Below, piece after piece: positions 15,235 to 25,630 of a stretch of DNA of 35,731 bases. Made by a program: the position numbers and the translations under genes. This DNA comes from a virus. Lineage: Duplodnaviria > Caudoviricetes. Position 1 is the stretch's first letter. Each line of letters begins with the position of its first letter. Location of the stretch: positions 1 to 35,731 of the IMG/VR virus record IMGVR_UViG_3300046779_000647; one strand, written 5' to 3'. The notes below the pieces were generated by a model. That model did not search any database. It was given only the letters and a program-made list of their open reading frames with translations, and was not told where the DNA came from.

Positions 15235-15877
15235 ATGATACTGCTAGAACTGCTTTGTACCTAGCTTCTCGATCTGCTAGACCAATAGTCCCGCCATTGA
15301 TCTTCTTTGTCATACCAACAAAGTCGTCCCTGTCAGCATAGTCTCCTAGTTTATTAGCAGACCAAAACCATCCTGCACTCAAGGCAGCATAGTCAGGAGT
15401 CAATAGAAGCTCAGGACGGTCCACTAAATCAATTCCTAGGGCTTGACCACAGCGTTTATAGTTATCCTTACCTGTGAGCTGTTTAAGGCCTCTACCACGG
15501 TATTTCCAGCCTTCACCAGATTCAATCGTTCCGTTTCCCATACGATTCGAGTAAACGACATTGGCTATCATTTCAGGCTTACGATGCAGAGCCAGTGCAA
15601 ACTTGTTTGGTTTGTTCTTACCGCCTTCTTTGATAGGTTTCTTATCTGGACCCCTCTCAGCAAAGCGATTAGGCCACACAGTAGCCATAGTGACGTCAGA
15701 ATAGTTCAAGTTCTCCTCAAGCATGGTGTATCCACCAGACTCGTGAGCTGTCTGAGCCAAGAAAGCAGCGATGCGCTTATCAGTGTTAATCTCAAACCGA
15801 TCACAAGTGGCCTGAATAGCCTCCAGCCACTTCTCAGGATTCTTGATCTTAGCAGCTTGCAAGAGTTCTATTCTCAT
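15233..15877 (-). CDS. GH19 (chitinase-like) endolysin
   Basis: AAFLAQTAHESG, ENLNYS, YRGRGLKQLTGKDNY, INGG. Confidence 0.93.
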   Translation of the reverse strand: MRIELLQAAKIKNPEKWLEAIQATCDRFEINTDKRIAAFLAQTAHESGGYTMLEENLNYSDVTMATVWPNRFAERGPDKKPIKEGGKNKPNKFALALHRKPEMIANVVYSNRMGNGTIESGEGWKYRGRGLKQLTGKDNYKRCGQALGIDLVDRPELLLTPDYAALSAGWFWSANKLGDYADRDDFVGMTKKINGGTIGLADREARYKAVLAVS

Positions 15878-16365
15878 TTGTCTCCTCCTGCTTGTTCCTT
15901 CTGTTTCTTATCCACATCTTCCTGGGCTTTGTTGCTGGAACCGTAGAAGAATCGAATCAAACTGTTAACAGCAGTACCGATCAGGAAACCAAGGATAATG
16001 TTAATAAAGTCACGGTTACGGTTCTCAATGGGCATGAAAGACACCATGAAGAAGTAAGCAAAAGACACCACGGTGATAAACCATGCGTACATTTGACTAA
16101 ATTTACGAGTACCTTCATCTGCCATATACATATCCGTAGCTCTCTGAGTGCTCTTTTCATCTAAAGCAGCCATGAACTCAGAGTGTCTATTGGCTTCTGC
16201 TTGAATCTTTGCATAATCTTCAGGGGTGGTTTCATGCTCAGGCTTTAGCTCCACACCGAGCTTTTGTTGAACATAATCCACACCTTTGTCCATAACCGCA
16301 TCAGCCACCTTAGGAAGACCGTTGGATATAAGACCACTAACAATGGATGCAATCATAGGTAACAT
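15874..16365 (-). CDS. holin-like membrane protein
   Basis: Two C-terminal TM segments ending FFYGSS; adjacent to the endolysin; start at ATG 16365. Confidence 0.7.
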   Translation of the reverse strand: MLPMIASIVSGLISNGLPKVADAVMDKGVDYVQQKLGVELKPEHETTPEDYAKIQAEANRHSEFMAALDEKSTQRATDMYMADEGTRKFSQMYAWFITVVSFAYFFMVSFMPIENRNRDFINIILGFLIGTAVNSLIRFFYGSSNKAQEDVDKKQKEQAGGDK

Positions 16366-16529
16366 TAGTCTTCCTTTCGACAAACTTGTTCATATTGAAT
16401 TCTAAGAGCATCAATTCTCTTATCTTTGTAGGTATTCGATCCTTTAGCTATCCTCATCTCTGTGTACAGAAACCCAAGAGTAATCGATAGAATCAGAATA
16501 ACCGTCCAAGATACCGCTAGTCCAACCAT
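16365..16529 (-). CDS. small single-TM protein in the lysis cassette
   Basis: MVGLAVSWTVILILSITLGFLY; TAATG coupling. Confidence 0.55.
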   Translation of the reverse strand: MVGLAVSWTVILILSITLGFLYTEMRIAKGSNTYKDKRIDALRIQYEQVCRKED

Positions 16530-17203
16530 AGCCGAAGTGAGCCTTCGTTGTGTAGCTTTATCGACCACAATAACAGGCTGAGGAATATTGTAATTAGGAG
16601 TATTACCACGGCCCATATAACTTGATTCTCAATAAAGTTCATCAATTCCCGCTTACGGAAAGCTGTTTGTTGGTCTTTAATTCGTTGATTCTCACGAGCA
16701 GTCTCTTGCTCTTGAATCATTTGCTCACGCATCTTCTCAAACCTACTCCAGAGATCTCCCAGCTCTTGTGGAGTATTCCAGGTCATTTCCTGGCGTATCT
16801 CTGCATGCATTTGCTCTAGTCTGGTACGTATGAGAACCCTATTCAAAGCTCTTTTACCGAGAGAATCCTCACCTGAGTAGACAACCTTGGCTTTACGTTC
16901 CTCTTCCCAGAACAATTGCTCGATCTTGTCAAAGGAATCAAAGAAAGCACCGAGGTTTTCACCAATGCGGGAGATCACATCATTAGGGTCAGCATTAGCA
17001 GCCTCCCGTACCTCTGCCTTCTTTTCTTCAATCTTCTTTGCTTGCTCTTTGGATACTTTCTTGCCTGCAAACTGAGATTGAATATCTTTTAAGACCGCAG
17101 AAGCATCCCCCGCCACTGCCTTCATATCCTTATAGAGCTGGCAACCTTTCTTGACGGCTGCAACAGCTCCATTAGCCATTGCAAGGAGCGTTAGGGGATC
17201 CAC
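16517..17203 (-). CDS. coiled-coil membrane protein
   Basis: GTG start after AAGG; MDPLTLLA N-terminus; helical body; C-terminal TM. Confidence 0.75.
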   Translation of the reverse strand: MDPLTLLAMANGAVAAVKKGCQLYKDMKAVAGDASAVLKDIQSQFAGKKVSKEQAKKIEEKKAEVREAANADPNDVISRIGENLGAFFDSFDKIEQLFWEEERKAKVVYSGEDSLGKRALNRVLIRTRLEQMHAEIRQEMTWNTPQELGDLWSRFEKMREQMIQEQETARENQRIKDQQTAFRKRELMNFIENQVIWAVVILLITIFLSLLLWSIKLHNEGSLRLWLD

Positions 17204-17206
17204 ACC

Positions 17207-18679
17207 TTATTGAACCTCAGGAGGGTTCATAGCCCCTTGCAGCAACCCTCTCCACGATTGATTAGGTGCGGGCATTTGAGTAGTTCCAGTCAACAACCCA
17301 CTAATAGCTTGATTAGCTTGACGTGAACGTAGAGCCTTTTGCACAATATCAGCACCTACGCCCCCAACGCCCAAAGAAGCAGCCAAGGCAGGATTCTGAG
17401 TAGCTGTCAAAGCAACAGCACCTCGACCTAGTTCACTACGGAACGGATTAAAACCACTGATAAATGACAGCAGAGAATCTAAAGAACCTCCCTTAGCTAC
17501 GCTTTTAATAGCATTTTGCTCAGCCTCGTTAAACAAACGCATCTTGTTCTTATCAGCAGCAAGGGTGATAAAACCTTTACGGATAAGCTCAGACTCAGAA
17601 GCTTTGGGGTTTTCAGCTTTAATAGAAGCTACATTAAGAATATCCTCAAGAATACTTGCTCGGCTTAGATTACGCCAATCCTTACGAGCACTCATTACAT
17701 TCTTAACAGCTTCATCAAGATTACCTTGACCAGCAATGATGTCCTTACCATTAAGGTTAGCAATGTAGTCATCTATCTTAGATACCATCACTCCGCCAAG
17801 CCTACGAACATTAGAATCACTAGAATTCTTAACATCATTGGCTAAGCTACGCATTTGTTCTAGTTTAGTGAAAGGAACTCGCTTCTGACCAATAATGTCT
17901 TCAAACTTATCCAAGACAACCTTAATCTTTGCTTGACCAGGATCTTGAGGTAGATAGTTTGCTTCTTCAAGTCCTCTACGAATATCGTCAACCATATTCA
18001 GAGCGCTTTTAGGCTTAAGAGATACACCTGCGTTTTCCATAGCTGTGTAAGATCTCTGAGCGTTTTGCTTTACTTTTTCCATTGTAACAATTGGAGTCTT
18101 TTCAGCAGCCAAAGCGCCAGCAGCCCGTCCAGCAGCGCCAGCAGCCAAAGCACCTACTCCAATACCTGCCAAAGTAGCAGCAACATCGCTACCTGTCAGT
18201 TCTTTGGCGGCTTCAGCAGCAGGCTGAGCCACAGCACCTGCCGCAGCAGAGGCAGGCAGAGCACGAGCCAGATCAGCCCCTAAAACCGTCTTAGGCAACG
18301 CAGCAGCGCCTTGAGCAGCTCCCAGGAGCCCTGATACACCTCCTTGAGCTACTTTCTCAGCGGTTGTCTCAGGCGTAGGAAGACCCATTTGAGTCAGTCC
18401 TTTTTGTTGAACCTGAGACAATGCAGGCATACGGCTCTCAGAGCCTAGCGCTTGAGCACCTAGGTTATAAGCACCAGACACAAAGTCAGCAACAGCGTTA
18501 ACAGGGGCAGACAACGTCTCAATAGCTGTCCTAGCCGTCAATCCTGCCTGACGCTTAAGCTGGTCAGCCATAGACGGTTCTTCAGCAGGTTTGATAGACG
18601 ATGCAATTTCATCAATCTCCGCATCCGTCAAAGGCTTATCAGTCTGGACTTTCTTGCCCTCAATCATGTATGTAGGCAT
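17207..18679 (-). CDS. putative DNA ejection / internal virion protein
   Basis: Ala/Gly-rich helical protein; third of three large genes after the tail tube genes. Confidence 0.65.
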   Translation of the reverse strand: MPTYMIEGKKVQTDKPLTDAEIDEIASSIKPAEEPSMADQLKRQAGLTARTAIETLSAPVNAVADFVSGAYNLGAQALGSESRMPALSQVQQKGLTQMGLPTPETTAEKVAQGGVSGLLGAAQGAAALPKTVLGADLARALPASAAAGAVAQPAAEAAKELTGSDVAATLAGIGVGALAAGAAGRAAGALAAEKTPIVTMEKVKQNAQRSYTAMENAGVSLKPKSALNMVDDIRRGLEEANYLPQDPGQAKIKVVLDKFEDIIGQKRVPFTKLEQMRSLANDVKNSSDSNVRRLGGVMVSKIDDYIANLNGKDIIAGQGNLDEAVKNVMSARKDWRNLSRASILEDILNVASIKAENPKASESELIRKGFITLAADKNKMRLFNEAEQNAIKSVAKGGSLDSLLSFISGFNPFRSELGRGAVALTATQNPALAASLGVGGVGADIVQKALRSRQANQAISGLLTGTTQMPAPNQSWRGLLQGAMNPPEVQ

Positions 18680-18687
18680 ATCTATCC

Positions 18688-19905
18688 TTATTCAATGATG
18701 GTGTACTTTGTACCCTTGCTGGTCTGTTTATTACCAGCCGCAGGAGCTGTTGTAGCAGGAGGAGGAACTTGTCGATCAGCGGGAAGTTTACCGCTAGCTG
18801 CTTCTCTCCATTTAGAATAGTGATCTTTAATTTGATTCAAAGACTGAGTAATCTTTTCAGGGGATTGATTCAAATCCAAAGAAGCAACGGTAGCTTCCAA
18901 AGCATCCAATTCTTTGTTAGACACCTGACCCAAAGCACCGCCTGTTGGAGAGGCGTCACGCATTTGTTGCAAACGATCAAAACCAAGGTTAGCTTTAATG
19001 GTTTGCACGGTTGCTTTAAGGTTTGCTCCAGCAGTGCCTGGAATAAACGAAGTAACACTACCAAACCCAGTGGTCAATCCGCTCACCAAAGGAAGAGCCT
19101 CATCAACCTTAGCTACCACACGATCAGCGTTAGCAATAGCGTTTTCAGCGGCTGCAACTTGTTTGTCTTTCTTGCCTTGAGCTTCGTCTTTAAGTTTATC
19201 AATACGGGCTTGAATCAACTCACGTTGAACATCGTTATTAGATTGTTTCAACGAAGCAGTCAACTGAGCCATTTGAACCTTAAATTCACGATCTCGTTGT
19301 TTATTTGCTTCATCTGCTGCTAACTTCTCTTTTTGAAGTTCTTTCTTAGCATCGATTTCAAGTTGTTTTGCTTGTTTCTTTTCCAAACTAGCCAAAACAG
19401 CCTTAGGATCACCATAACGGCGTAGGATAGCCAATGTGTCTTCTTCAGAAGCATCAGGAGGAAGAGCAGCTAAGTCACGCTGAAGGTTGTCCTCACGAGC
19501 AGCTACATTAGCCTCTCGTGTGGCTTTAGAGGCCGCTAGTGAGGCTTGAATTTCTTGTTGCTTACGTGCAGCAAGCGCTTGACCTAGTTGAGCAGCCTCA
19601 GCAGACATACCAGCCTGTTGCAAACGATTAGCGTATTCTTCCAATCCTTTGGTCGTGGTAACATCAATACCTTGAGCCATTTGACGCAGCATAGAAGCAC
19701 GTTTAATAGCAGGGTCTTGAATGTCTACACCTGCTGCTTGAGCCAAACCTTGACCCAAGTTAGAGCCAGCCTTGTAGCCCATAAAAGCAAGCTGCTGAGA
19801 GGGATTCAATTGTGCAAACTGAGATGCACGAGCCTCCAACAATTGCTGTTGTTGTTCCTCAGGGGTCAATGAACCACCAAAGAGTCCAGAAAGATCTGTA
19901 GCCAT
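18688..19905 (-). CDS. putative DNA ejection / internal virion protein
   Basis: Gln/Ala-rich coiled coil; GGALGQVSNKE motif; synteny. Confidence 0.65.
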   Translation of the reverse strand: MATDLSGLFGGSLTPEEQQQQLLEARASQFAQLNPSQQLAFMGYKAGSNLGQGLAQAAGVDIQDPAIKRASMLRQMAQGIDVTTTKGLEEYANRLQQAGMSAEAAQLGQALAARKQQEIQASLAASKATREANVAAREDNLQRDLAALPPDASEEDTLAILRRYGDPKAVLASLEKKQAKQLEIDAKKELQKEKLAADEANKQRDREFKVQMAQLTASLKQSNNDVQRELIQARIDKLKDEAQGKKDKQVAAAENAIANADRVVAKVDEALPLVSGLTTGFGSVTSFIPGTAGANLKATVQTIKANLGFDRLQQMRDASPTGGALGQVSNKELDALEATVASLDLNQSPEKITQSLNQIKDHYSKWREAASGKLPADRQVPPPATTAPAAGNKQTSKGTKYTIIE

Positions 19906-19914
19906 TATTACTCC

Positions 19915-21012
19915 TTAAAACACACCTAGTTCTTGAAGATACTGATAATAGGGGTCAGTAGACTCAAGAGCAGGGGAAGCTGACGTATTGGCAGCACCAA
20001 AGATGCTAGACCAATCAGTATTATCACCACCAAAAGAAGCAATCAATTTTGCCACAGGATCAGTCAAACCAGCAACCCCACCAGTGACTGCTTGTTGATT
20101 AAGAGCAGCACCTGTAGCAAGACGTTGGTTAGCCGCAGTAGCTGCTTGTTGCAGCGTATTAGCCACCTGCGAGCCTGCTGTAGCTTGTTTAGCCCCCAGT
20201 GCCGTAGACAAGTCAAACGGATTCTGACCCAAGGCTTCAGCGCCAGCAGCGCCTGCCAAGTAGTTGGTATACGGAGCCAAAGCAGCAGTCTGGTATGCAG
20301 GAACCTGACCAAGCAAGCCAGCACCGGTGTTAAACAATCCAGCACCGAAGCTAGTCTGTTGTTGACCTTGTTGCATTGCATTAGCAGCCAATTGAGCATC
20401 CTGCTGAGCCAAGGCATTGTAGTAAGCCTGGAGCTGCGGGTTAGAAGCACCCATATCCACGCTACCACCAGCACCAGAGGTTCCACCAACACCTAGACCC
20501 AGACGTCCTTGCTGAAACTGTTGGTTAGTCAATTGAGCCAATTGTTGTTCACGTCCGGGCTGCAACAGTCCTTGCTGTTGTTGCATCACTCGCTGAGCAG
20601 CAGCCTCAGGGCTTTCAGCAAGATAGCTTTTACCCAAAGTAAAGAGACTCTGAGCAGCTTGACCCACAGGAGCAATCTCTCCTGCTGCTTGTGTGGCTTG
20701 ACCCAGGTTAACACCTGCTTGACCGATCAAACGCTCACGCAGGGCAGCAATGTCAGGAGCTACATTATAGCCAGCACCTGTCAAACGGCCCTGGTCATCG
20801 TAGGTGAACCCGCTAGTACCAAAGCGAGAGGTCACACCTACGGGACGGAATTGAGCAGCTTCAGCAGCCTTATTACCTGCTGCAAGGAGTTTATCTGCTA
20901 GAGCAGTCTGCTGATTAGATCCATAGTTAGCAGCAGCTAGAGTGCCTAGAGCTCCTACGCCTCCGCTGAGTAGACCACTAATGGCCTTTTGTTCTTCTGC
21001 TGTGAGTGCCAT
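19915..21012 (-). CDS. putative DNA pilot / ejection protein (P22 gp7-like position)
   Basis: Gly/Ala/Gln-rich; synteny. Confidence 0.65.
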   Translation of the reverse strand: MALTAEEQKAISGLLSGGVGALGTLAAANYGSNQQTALADKLLAAGNKAAEAAQFRPVGVTSRFGTSGFTYDDQGRLTGAGYNVAPDIAALRERLIGQAGVNLGQATQAAGEIAPVGQAAQSLFTLGKSYLAESPEAAAQRVMQQQQGLLQPGREQQLAQLTNQQFQQGRLGLGVGGTSGAGGSVDMGASNPQLQAYYNALAQQDAQLAANAMQQGQQQTSFGAGLFNTGAGLLGQVPAYQTAALAPYTNYLAGAAGAEALGQNPFDLSTALGAKQATAGSQVANTLQQAATAANQRLATGAALNQQAVTGGVAGLTDPVAKLIASFGGDNTDWSSIFGAANTSASPALESTDPYYQYLQELGVF

Positions 21013-21242
21013 TAGTAAGTACCTCCATCAACGGTAGCAGTAAAAGTACCAGTAACGGTAAGGTTAACTGCTGTGGCTGTTCCTGTTAAAGTTGAATTAG
21101 CTGCATCAGCCTTTGATGCCATCGCAGAAGCAATGTTATCAAACTCTGTGTTAATCTCTGTGCCTTTGATTAACTTTGCAGGATTACCTGAAGCTAGGCC
21201 GTCCTTTGTAGCAAAGTTAGTGCTCTTTACATAGTTACTCAT
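21012..21242 (-). CDS. short tail needle / fibre-anchor-like protein
   Basis: MSNY.KSTNFA.KD...EINTEFDNIA; ends VDGGTY. Confidence 0.6.
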   Translation of the reverse strand: MSNYVKSTNFATKDGLASGNPAKLIKGTEINTEFDNIASAMASKADAANSTLTGTATAVNLTVTGTFTATVDGGTY

Positions 21243-22780
21243 TATCGAGTCCTTCCTGCTTTACAGAATACGTCAATCTTTTGTATAGACAATTCAAAAT
21301 CACTGATAACAGTCTCAATACCTAATTGAATAATGTTACCAGCGCCTCCTACCTGAATCTTTTGATTCTCAAACACAATACCAGCAGAATATTCACCAAT
21401 ATTGTATTCAGCGATTCCATATTCAGCAGGATTCAAATCCCCTAGTTGTAGGAACTGAGAGTTATAGTTAGTGCTATAGTCAAACCCGTATTTGAGAATA
21501 ACATCAGCACCGTTACCACCAATCATGGTAAAACTAATCTTCTTCAGGATCTTAATCGCAGTAGGAGAACCCAGGTCAAAGTAGTTACTGTAGTAACTCA
21601 TGCGATAGGTAGTGGAATTATCGCTGTTGCCAGTGTAATAACCAATATATCCAGGCAGACCCAAGAGAACCTCTTTTGCTCGGTTAGCAAACAAAGCAGT
21701 AGGGGTCAATGTCCATGTGGTTGTCCTTGCTGCTCCATTCTGAAGAGTGGTCCTCATGTCAAAACAATACGTAACCCCAGACACAGGCAATACCAACAAA
21801 TAGAAGGCATTACTGTCTGAATACATGGCTTTGATGTTGGTCAAGTCTTCAAGGGAGACACCATAAACCAGATCATCACGGACATTAGCACTCAAGTCTC
21901 GCAAAGGAGCAGAACGTTCTTGAACCACTCGTTTCATTGACCTAACACCTGAATCACTCAAGAAGATAATATCATCTCCAGTGACTTTGATAGTATCACG
22001 AGCACAGCAGCCAATACCGCTAACAGTATCAGCCAAAGACATATTAGTGGGATCATTTGCGCCTTGATAAATCAGGATCTGCCTACGTCCAAAGATATAC
22101 AAGTAGTTATTGTGTGCAGCCAAGCCTGTGATCTCATCAGCACCGGCAGGCCACACCTGAGCCACATTCAAAGACCCAGAAGAGCCGGTATTGAGCACAT
22201 GCCCAGCCAGCAAGTCAGAGAACTGAATGGTGTTCTTATCCCCTGCGCTAGAAGCACTCCAGGTGCGTCCATAAGCGCTTATAACGCAATTATTCTGAGT
22301 GACTGTACCTAGGTATCCAGTCTTCTCTGAAACACGCTTATACGTGGTTGTAGACACCGCAGGATCGAACACCAGAGGATCATGCCCTTCCTGATACAGG
22401 TACAAGACTCCATTCAAGGGAGCCATTTGCCACTTATCGTTGGTAATCGTAGGAGCTGTACCACCGCCGCCATAGGTGAGCATTGTAAGGGTGGAGCCTA
22501 CCAGCTTAAAGAGCTTACTGTTACCCGCAGCAATGATGTAAGAGGTTCCGTCTGCGGCGATTAACTCTCCAATCGCCTTAACTGATGCGGTGCTTAGATC
22601 AGTATTAGTGCTATGCTTAGGAAGCCAACCCTTACGTGCTCCGATACGTCCGAACTTGTCAATCACACAGTTACTGGCTTGAGTAGCAAAACCAGCCTCC
22701 AAAGCAACAGAGGAATCCTGAGTGTTAACACCCATGAAACCAGGAGCTGCAATGCTGGAAGTTAGTAGTTGTTCAGACAT
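21242..22780 (-). CDS. tail tube / nozzle protein (P22 gp10- or T7 gp12-like)
   Basis: ~512 aa beta-propeller-like pattern; follows the adaptor; start MSEQ at 22780. Confidence 0.75.
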   Translation of the reverse strand: MSEQLLTSSIAAPGFMGVNTQDSSVALEAGFATQASNCVIDKFGRIGARKGWLPKHSTNTDLSTASVKAIGELIAADGTSYIIAAGNSKLFKLVGSTLTMLTYGGGGTAPTITNDKWQMAPLNGVLYLYQEGHDPLVFDPAVSTTTYKRVSEKTGYLGTVTQNNCVISAYGRTWSASSAGDKNTIQFSDLLAGHVLNTGSSGSLNVAQVWPAGADEITGLAAHNNYLYIFGRRQILIYQGANDPTNMSLADTVSGIGCCARDTIKVTGDDIIFLSDSGVRSMKRVVQERSAPLRDLSANVRDDLVYGVSLEDLTNIKAMYSDSNAFYLLVLPVSGVTYCFDMRTTLQNGAARTTTWTLTPTALFANRAKEVLLGLPGYIGYYTGNSDNSTTYRMSYYSNYFDLGSPTAIKILKKISFTMIGGNGADVILKYGFDYSTNYNSQFLQLGDLNPAEYGIAEYNIGEYSAGIVFENQKIQVGGAGNIIQLGIETVISDFELSIQKIDVFCKAGRTR

Positions 22781-23430
22781 TACGGATTCACCCAAATAAC
22801 TTCTTCAAGGTAGCGGTTACGCTCAATTGCTACTGCATCAGCCAAAGCCAAGCGATACAGCTGATAAGCCTCAGAGGACAACACACCTGCGTCTTCACCA
22901 CGCTCTGCGATAGCCTTAGCGTAAGCCAGCATGCTCACCAAATGGTCAGGAACCCACACACGGTCAGAATCAGCAACCAAGTCCACCTGAGGAATAATCA
23001 GGTTAAACCGAATGGTGTATGCACCGTCAGGGATGGGATACAAATCAACCTGGGTGTCCCCGTTAGAGTCCACACCGTTGAAGTTATAGTAAGCAGGACA
23101 ACCTTTACCGCTTTGAACCAACAAGAACTGTCGATCCATCCAAGTGGTAGGAGCATAGCGTAACTCAGTGTCATTGGTGTCATTAAGGATGTCAATCACC
23201 CTAAAACGCATCCCTGAGCCAGTCAACACATAGTTAAAGACACTATCAGTGGTTGTAGCCGTCAAAGTGTTTGATAGAGCATTCCAATCATGTGCGTCTT
23301 CTACTTCGCGCTTAGCATCGTTAACAAACACACCAAGCATCTTGGCATAGCTGTTATCCTGCACAGAAGACACCGTAGGTTCTCTCAGCCTACGTAGAAC
23401 ATTATTGACTAGATCAAGGTACGTAGCCAT
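22780..23430 (-). CDS. head-tail adaptor / tail tubular protein A
   Basis: TYLDLVNNVLRRLRE...VNDAKR..E...W; LYPIPD. Confidence 0.78.
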   Translation of the reverse strand: MATYLDLVNNVLRRLREPTVSSVQDNSYAKMLGVFVNDAKREVEDAHDWNALSNTLTATTTDSVFNYVLTGSGMRFRVIDILNDTNDTELRYAPTTWMDRQFLLVQSGKGCPAYYNFNGVDSNGDTQVDLYPIPDGAYTIRFNLIIPQVDLVADSDRVWVPDHLVSMLAYAKAIAERGEDAGVLSSEAYQLYRLALADAVAIERNRYLEEVIWVNP

Positions 23431-23766
23431 TTAGATTCCTTCTTTCTTTATCTGCTCAAACGTGCAGATTGTGGTAAACGTGCTACCAGCCTCAGAGGTA
23501 ACCGTTATATAATCCCCTTCTTCCATTACCATGTAAGCCCCACCATCAATTTTTAGAAAGTCTTTAGAGCTAACAGTGTATTCAAACAAAATGTTTATAT
23601 CAGCGCTTGCGCTAACATCCCGCCAAGTAACTGTTATATGTTTGGTGGAGCCGCTACCATTCAAAGCATACAAAAGATTCCACTTAGCGTAATAACCAGT
23701 AGGAACTTTGTAGACAACGGTAGGGGTTGCAGCAGTAATGTTACTACCTGCTGTGACTTCTCTCAT
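23431..23766 (-). CDS. small beta-rich virion-associated protein
   Basis: VYKVP...EEGDYI pattern; late operon. Confidence 0.6.
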   Translation of the reverse strand: MREVTAGSNITAATPTVVYKVPTGYYAKWNLLYALNGSGSTKHITVTWRDVSASADINILFEYTVSSKDFLKIDGGAYMVMEEGDYITVTSEAGSTFTTICTFEQIKKEGI

Positions 23767-23945
23767 TTCTTCTTACTCTTATTCTTAGCGGTGCGCTGAC
23801 CACGCATGGGCATATTAGCTTCACTCATGGCGATCGCAATAGCTTGTTTACGATCCTTCACCACAGGACCACCTTTACCGCTATGCAGAGTACCTTCTTT
23901 ATACTCACGCATGACTTTACCGATCTTCTTCTCGCCTTTTTTCAT
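23763..23945 (-). CDS. small basic protein (DUF6496-like)
   Basis: KVMREYKEGTLHSG...KQAIAIAMSEA; AAGGAG RBS. Confidence 0.7.
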   Translation of the reverse strand: MKKGEKKIGKVMREYKEGTLHSGKGGPVVKDRKQAIAIAMSEANMPMRGQRTAKNKSKKK

Positions 23946-23956
23946 AACAGTCTCCT

Positions 23957-24181
23957 TTAATGAGTAAGTTTATGCTCTACAACCGCATAAATAGCACCAA
24001 AGAAGGCTACTACAATGAGGATAGGTTTCACAGCTTTAGCTAGCCACTCTAATACCGTAAATGCACCAGCGGCAGCATTGAAGGCACTAACCATGTTTTT
24101 AGTATTAGAATCGAGTCTATCAACCTTTTGTTCCACTTGAACTAGGCGATCATAGATCTCTTTGTGGCTAACTTCGTCCAT
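23957..24181 (-). CDS. small coiled-coil/TM protein (possible holin or antiholin-like)
   Basis: N-terminal coil plus C-terminal hydrophobic helix. Confidence 0.6.
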   Translation of the reverse strand: MDEVSHKEIYDRLVQVEQKVDRLDSNTKNMVSAFNAAAGAFTVLEWLAKAVKPILIVVAFFGAIYAVVEHKLTH

Positions 24182-24337
24182 TTATTCCTCTTTGGGTGTG
24201 TCTTCTTTAGGAATCTGAGCCTCAGCTTGTTCCTTGATTTTAACGATCAAAGGCCATGCACCAGACTTAGAAGGAAGTTCCCCGAGTACATTCAGAATGC
24301 CTTGGACTTCTTCAATTGACAGGTTTAGGTTAATCAT
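24182..24337 (-). CDS. small protein (51 aa, MINLNLSIEEVQGILNVLGELP...)
   Basis: AAGGAG RBS; abuts next gene. Confidence 0.7.
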   Translation of the reverse strand: MINLNLSIEEVQGILNVLGELPSKSGAWPLIVKIKEQAEAQIPKEDTPKEE

Positions 24338-24374
24338 AATAGCTCCTTAGTTAAAACAAAGAGCATACCATAAA

Positions 24375-24662
24375 TTACCAAGGAAGTCCAGTGGCAGAGA
24401 CAGGGTTCTTCTGGAGATTGATCTGAGCAGCCAGAGCAGTTTCAGTGGCTTCTTTATCAACACCCGATGCCCAACACCAGCCAAGAACTTCTTGCTCAGT
24501 CACTTGAGCGTAGGGAGTGCTAGGAGTACCCGTCCATGAGCAGGTAGAGTAAATAGAGGCAGAATACTCGCCATCCATAGCGGTTGCATTCCAGTGAGCG
24601 GTGGTGATAAAACCGTCAGAGGTTTGGCGATCCAGTTGAGAGATTTTCCAGGTGATAGTCAT
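24375..24662 (-). CDS. fibre-associated small protein (possible chaperone)
   Basis: ITWKISQLDR...VLGWCW...GLPW; directly follows the fibre gene. Confidence 0.65.
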   Translation of the reverse strand: MTITWKISQLDRQTSDGFITTAHWNATAMDGEYSASIYSTCSWTGTPSTPYAQVTEQEVLGWCWASGVDKEATETALAAQINLQKNPVSATGLPW

Positions 24663-24673
24663 GATGTTTCCTT

Positions 24674-25621
24674 TTAAGCGTTAGCAATTGTGGTTACAGT
24701 TCCAGAAGATCCACGAAATTTCAATGCGCCACCTTCTACATAAAGTTGACCGCCTGTTATGTTTGTAGAGGGAGCTGTTGCATTACCCATGGCCAAAACT
24801 TTTGCGCCTGTGTCAGGAGTAACTCCCAGCCCCAGGTTGCCGGTATCAGTCAGCGCCATTCGAACTGTGCTTGTGCCGTTGTCAATAAACGCCAAGATTT
24901 TGTCGTCAACAGAGGCAGCATCAACAGCTACCTTCCATGTCTGAGTGCTGTTTCTATTAAGCAACGCCAATGCAGTCGGGTTTGAAGCGCTTTCTTGCAA
25001 GGTTAATTTAGTGCCAGATACAGGCGAACTTGTCCCAATACCCAAACCAGTGCTGGTCAGGCGCATGGCTTCGGAGTTGTTTATTTGAAACGCAATAGGA
25101 TGATTTGTCAAAGAACCATAAGAAACGTAAGAGTCGTAAGCCGCAACTTCAGCATTTACGCTATTGAGCGTGTTTTGAAATACCTGTTGAACATAACCAG
25201 CGCGTGTAAGCTGCAAACGGGTATATGCGTTGAGATAAGAACTTGTACCAACACCCAAGCTACTGCCATCAAAAGTCAGCGCAGACCCACTGGTAGCAAC
25301 TTTAGAGCCGTTTAAGTACAGTACACCGTTAGCAGTGCCGCCGGAGAGCGTGACGTTACCAGAAGCTGACAACGTGGTGAAAGAAGCCGTAGAAGCCGTT
25401 GTAGCACCGATAGGTGTACCATCGATAGCACCACCAGTGATAGCCACTGCACTAGCTTCCTGATTCCCCAAGCCACCCACTAGCTTGACAACAGAGCCAC
25501 CATTGTCCTTAGTGTACAGCTTTTTATCTGTTACGTTAACAGCCAATTCACCTTTAGTCAAATCCCCAGAAACAGGGACTGCGCTAGAGGTAGAACTATT
25601 TTTAATGATGATTGTGGTCAT
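24674..25621 (-). CDS. tail fibre / receptor-binding protein
   Basis: N-terminal IIIKNS...GELAVNVTDKKLY domain; repeated LG[VIL]G[TV] beta motifs. Confidence 0.75.
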   Translation of the reverse strand: MTTIIIKNSSTSSAVPVSGDLTKGELAVNVTDKKLYTKDNGGSVVKLVGGLGNQEASAVAITGGAIDGTPIGATTASTASFTTLSASGNVTLSGGTANGVLYLNGSKVATSGSALTFDGSSLGVGTSSYLNAYTRLQLTRAGYVQQVFQNTLNSVNAEVAAYDSYVSYGSLTNHPIAFQINNSEAMRLTSTGLGIGTSSPVSGTKLTLQESASNPTALALLNRNSTQTWKVAVDAASVDDKILAFIDNGTSTVRMALTDTGNLGLGVTPDTGAKVLAMGNATAPSTNITGGQLYVEGGALKFRGSSGTVTTIANA

Positions 25622-25630
25622 ATTGTTTCC

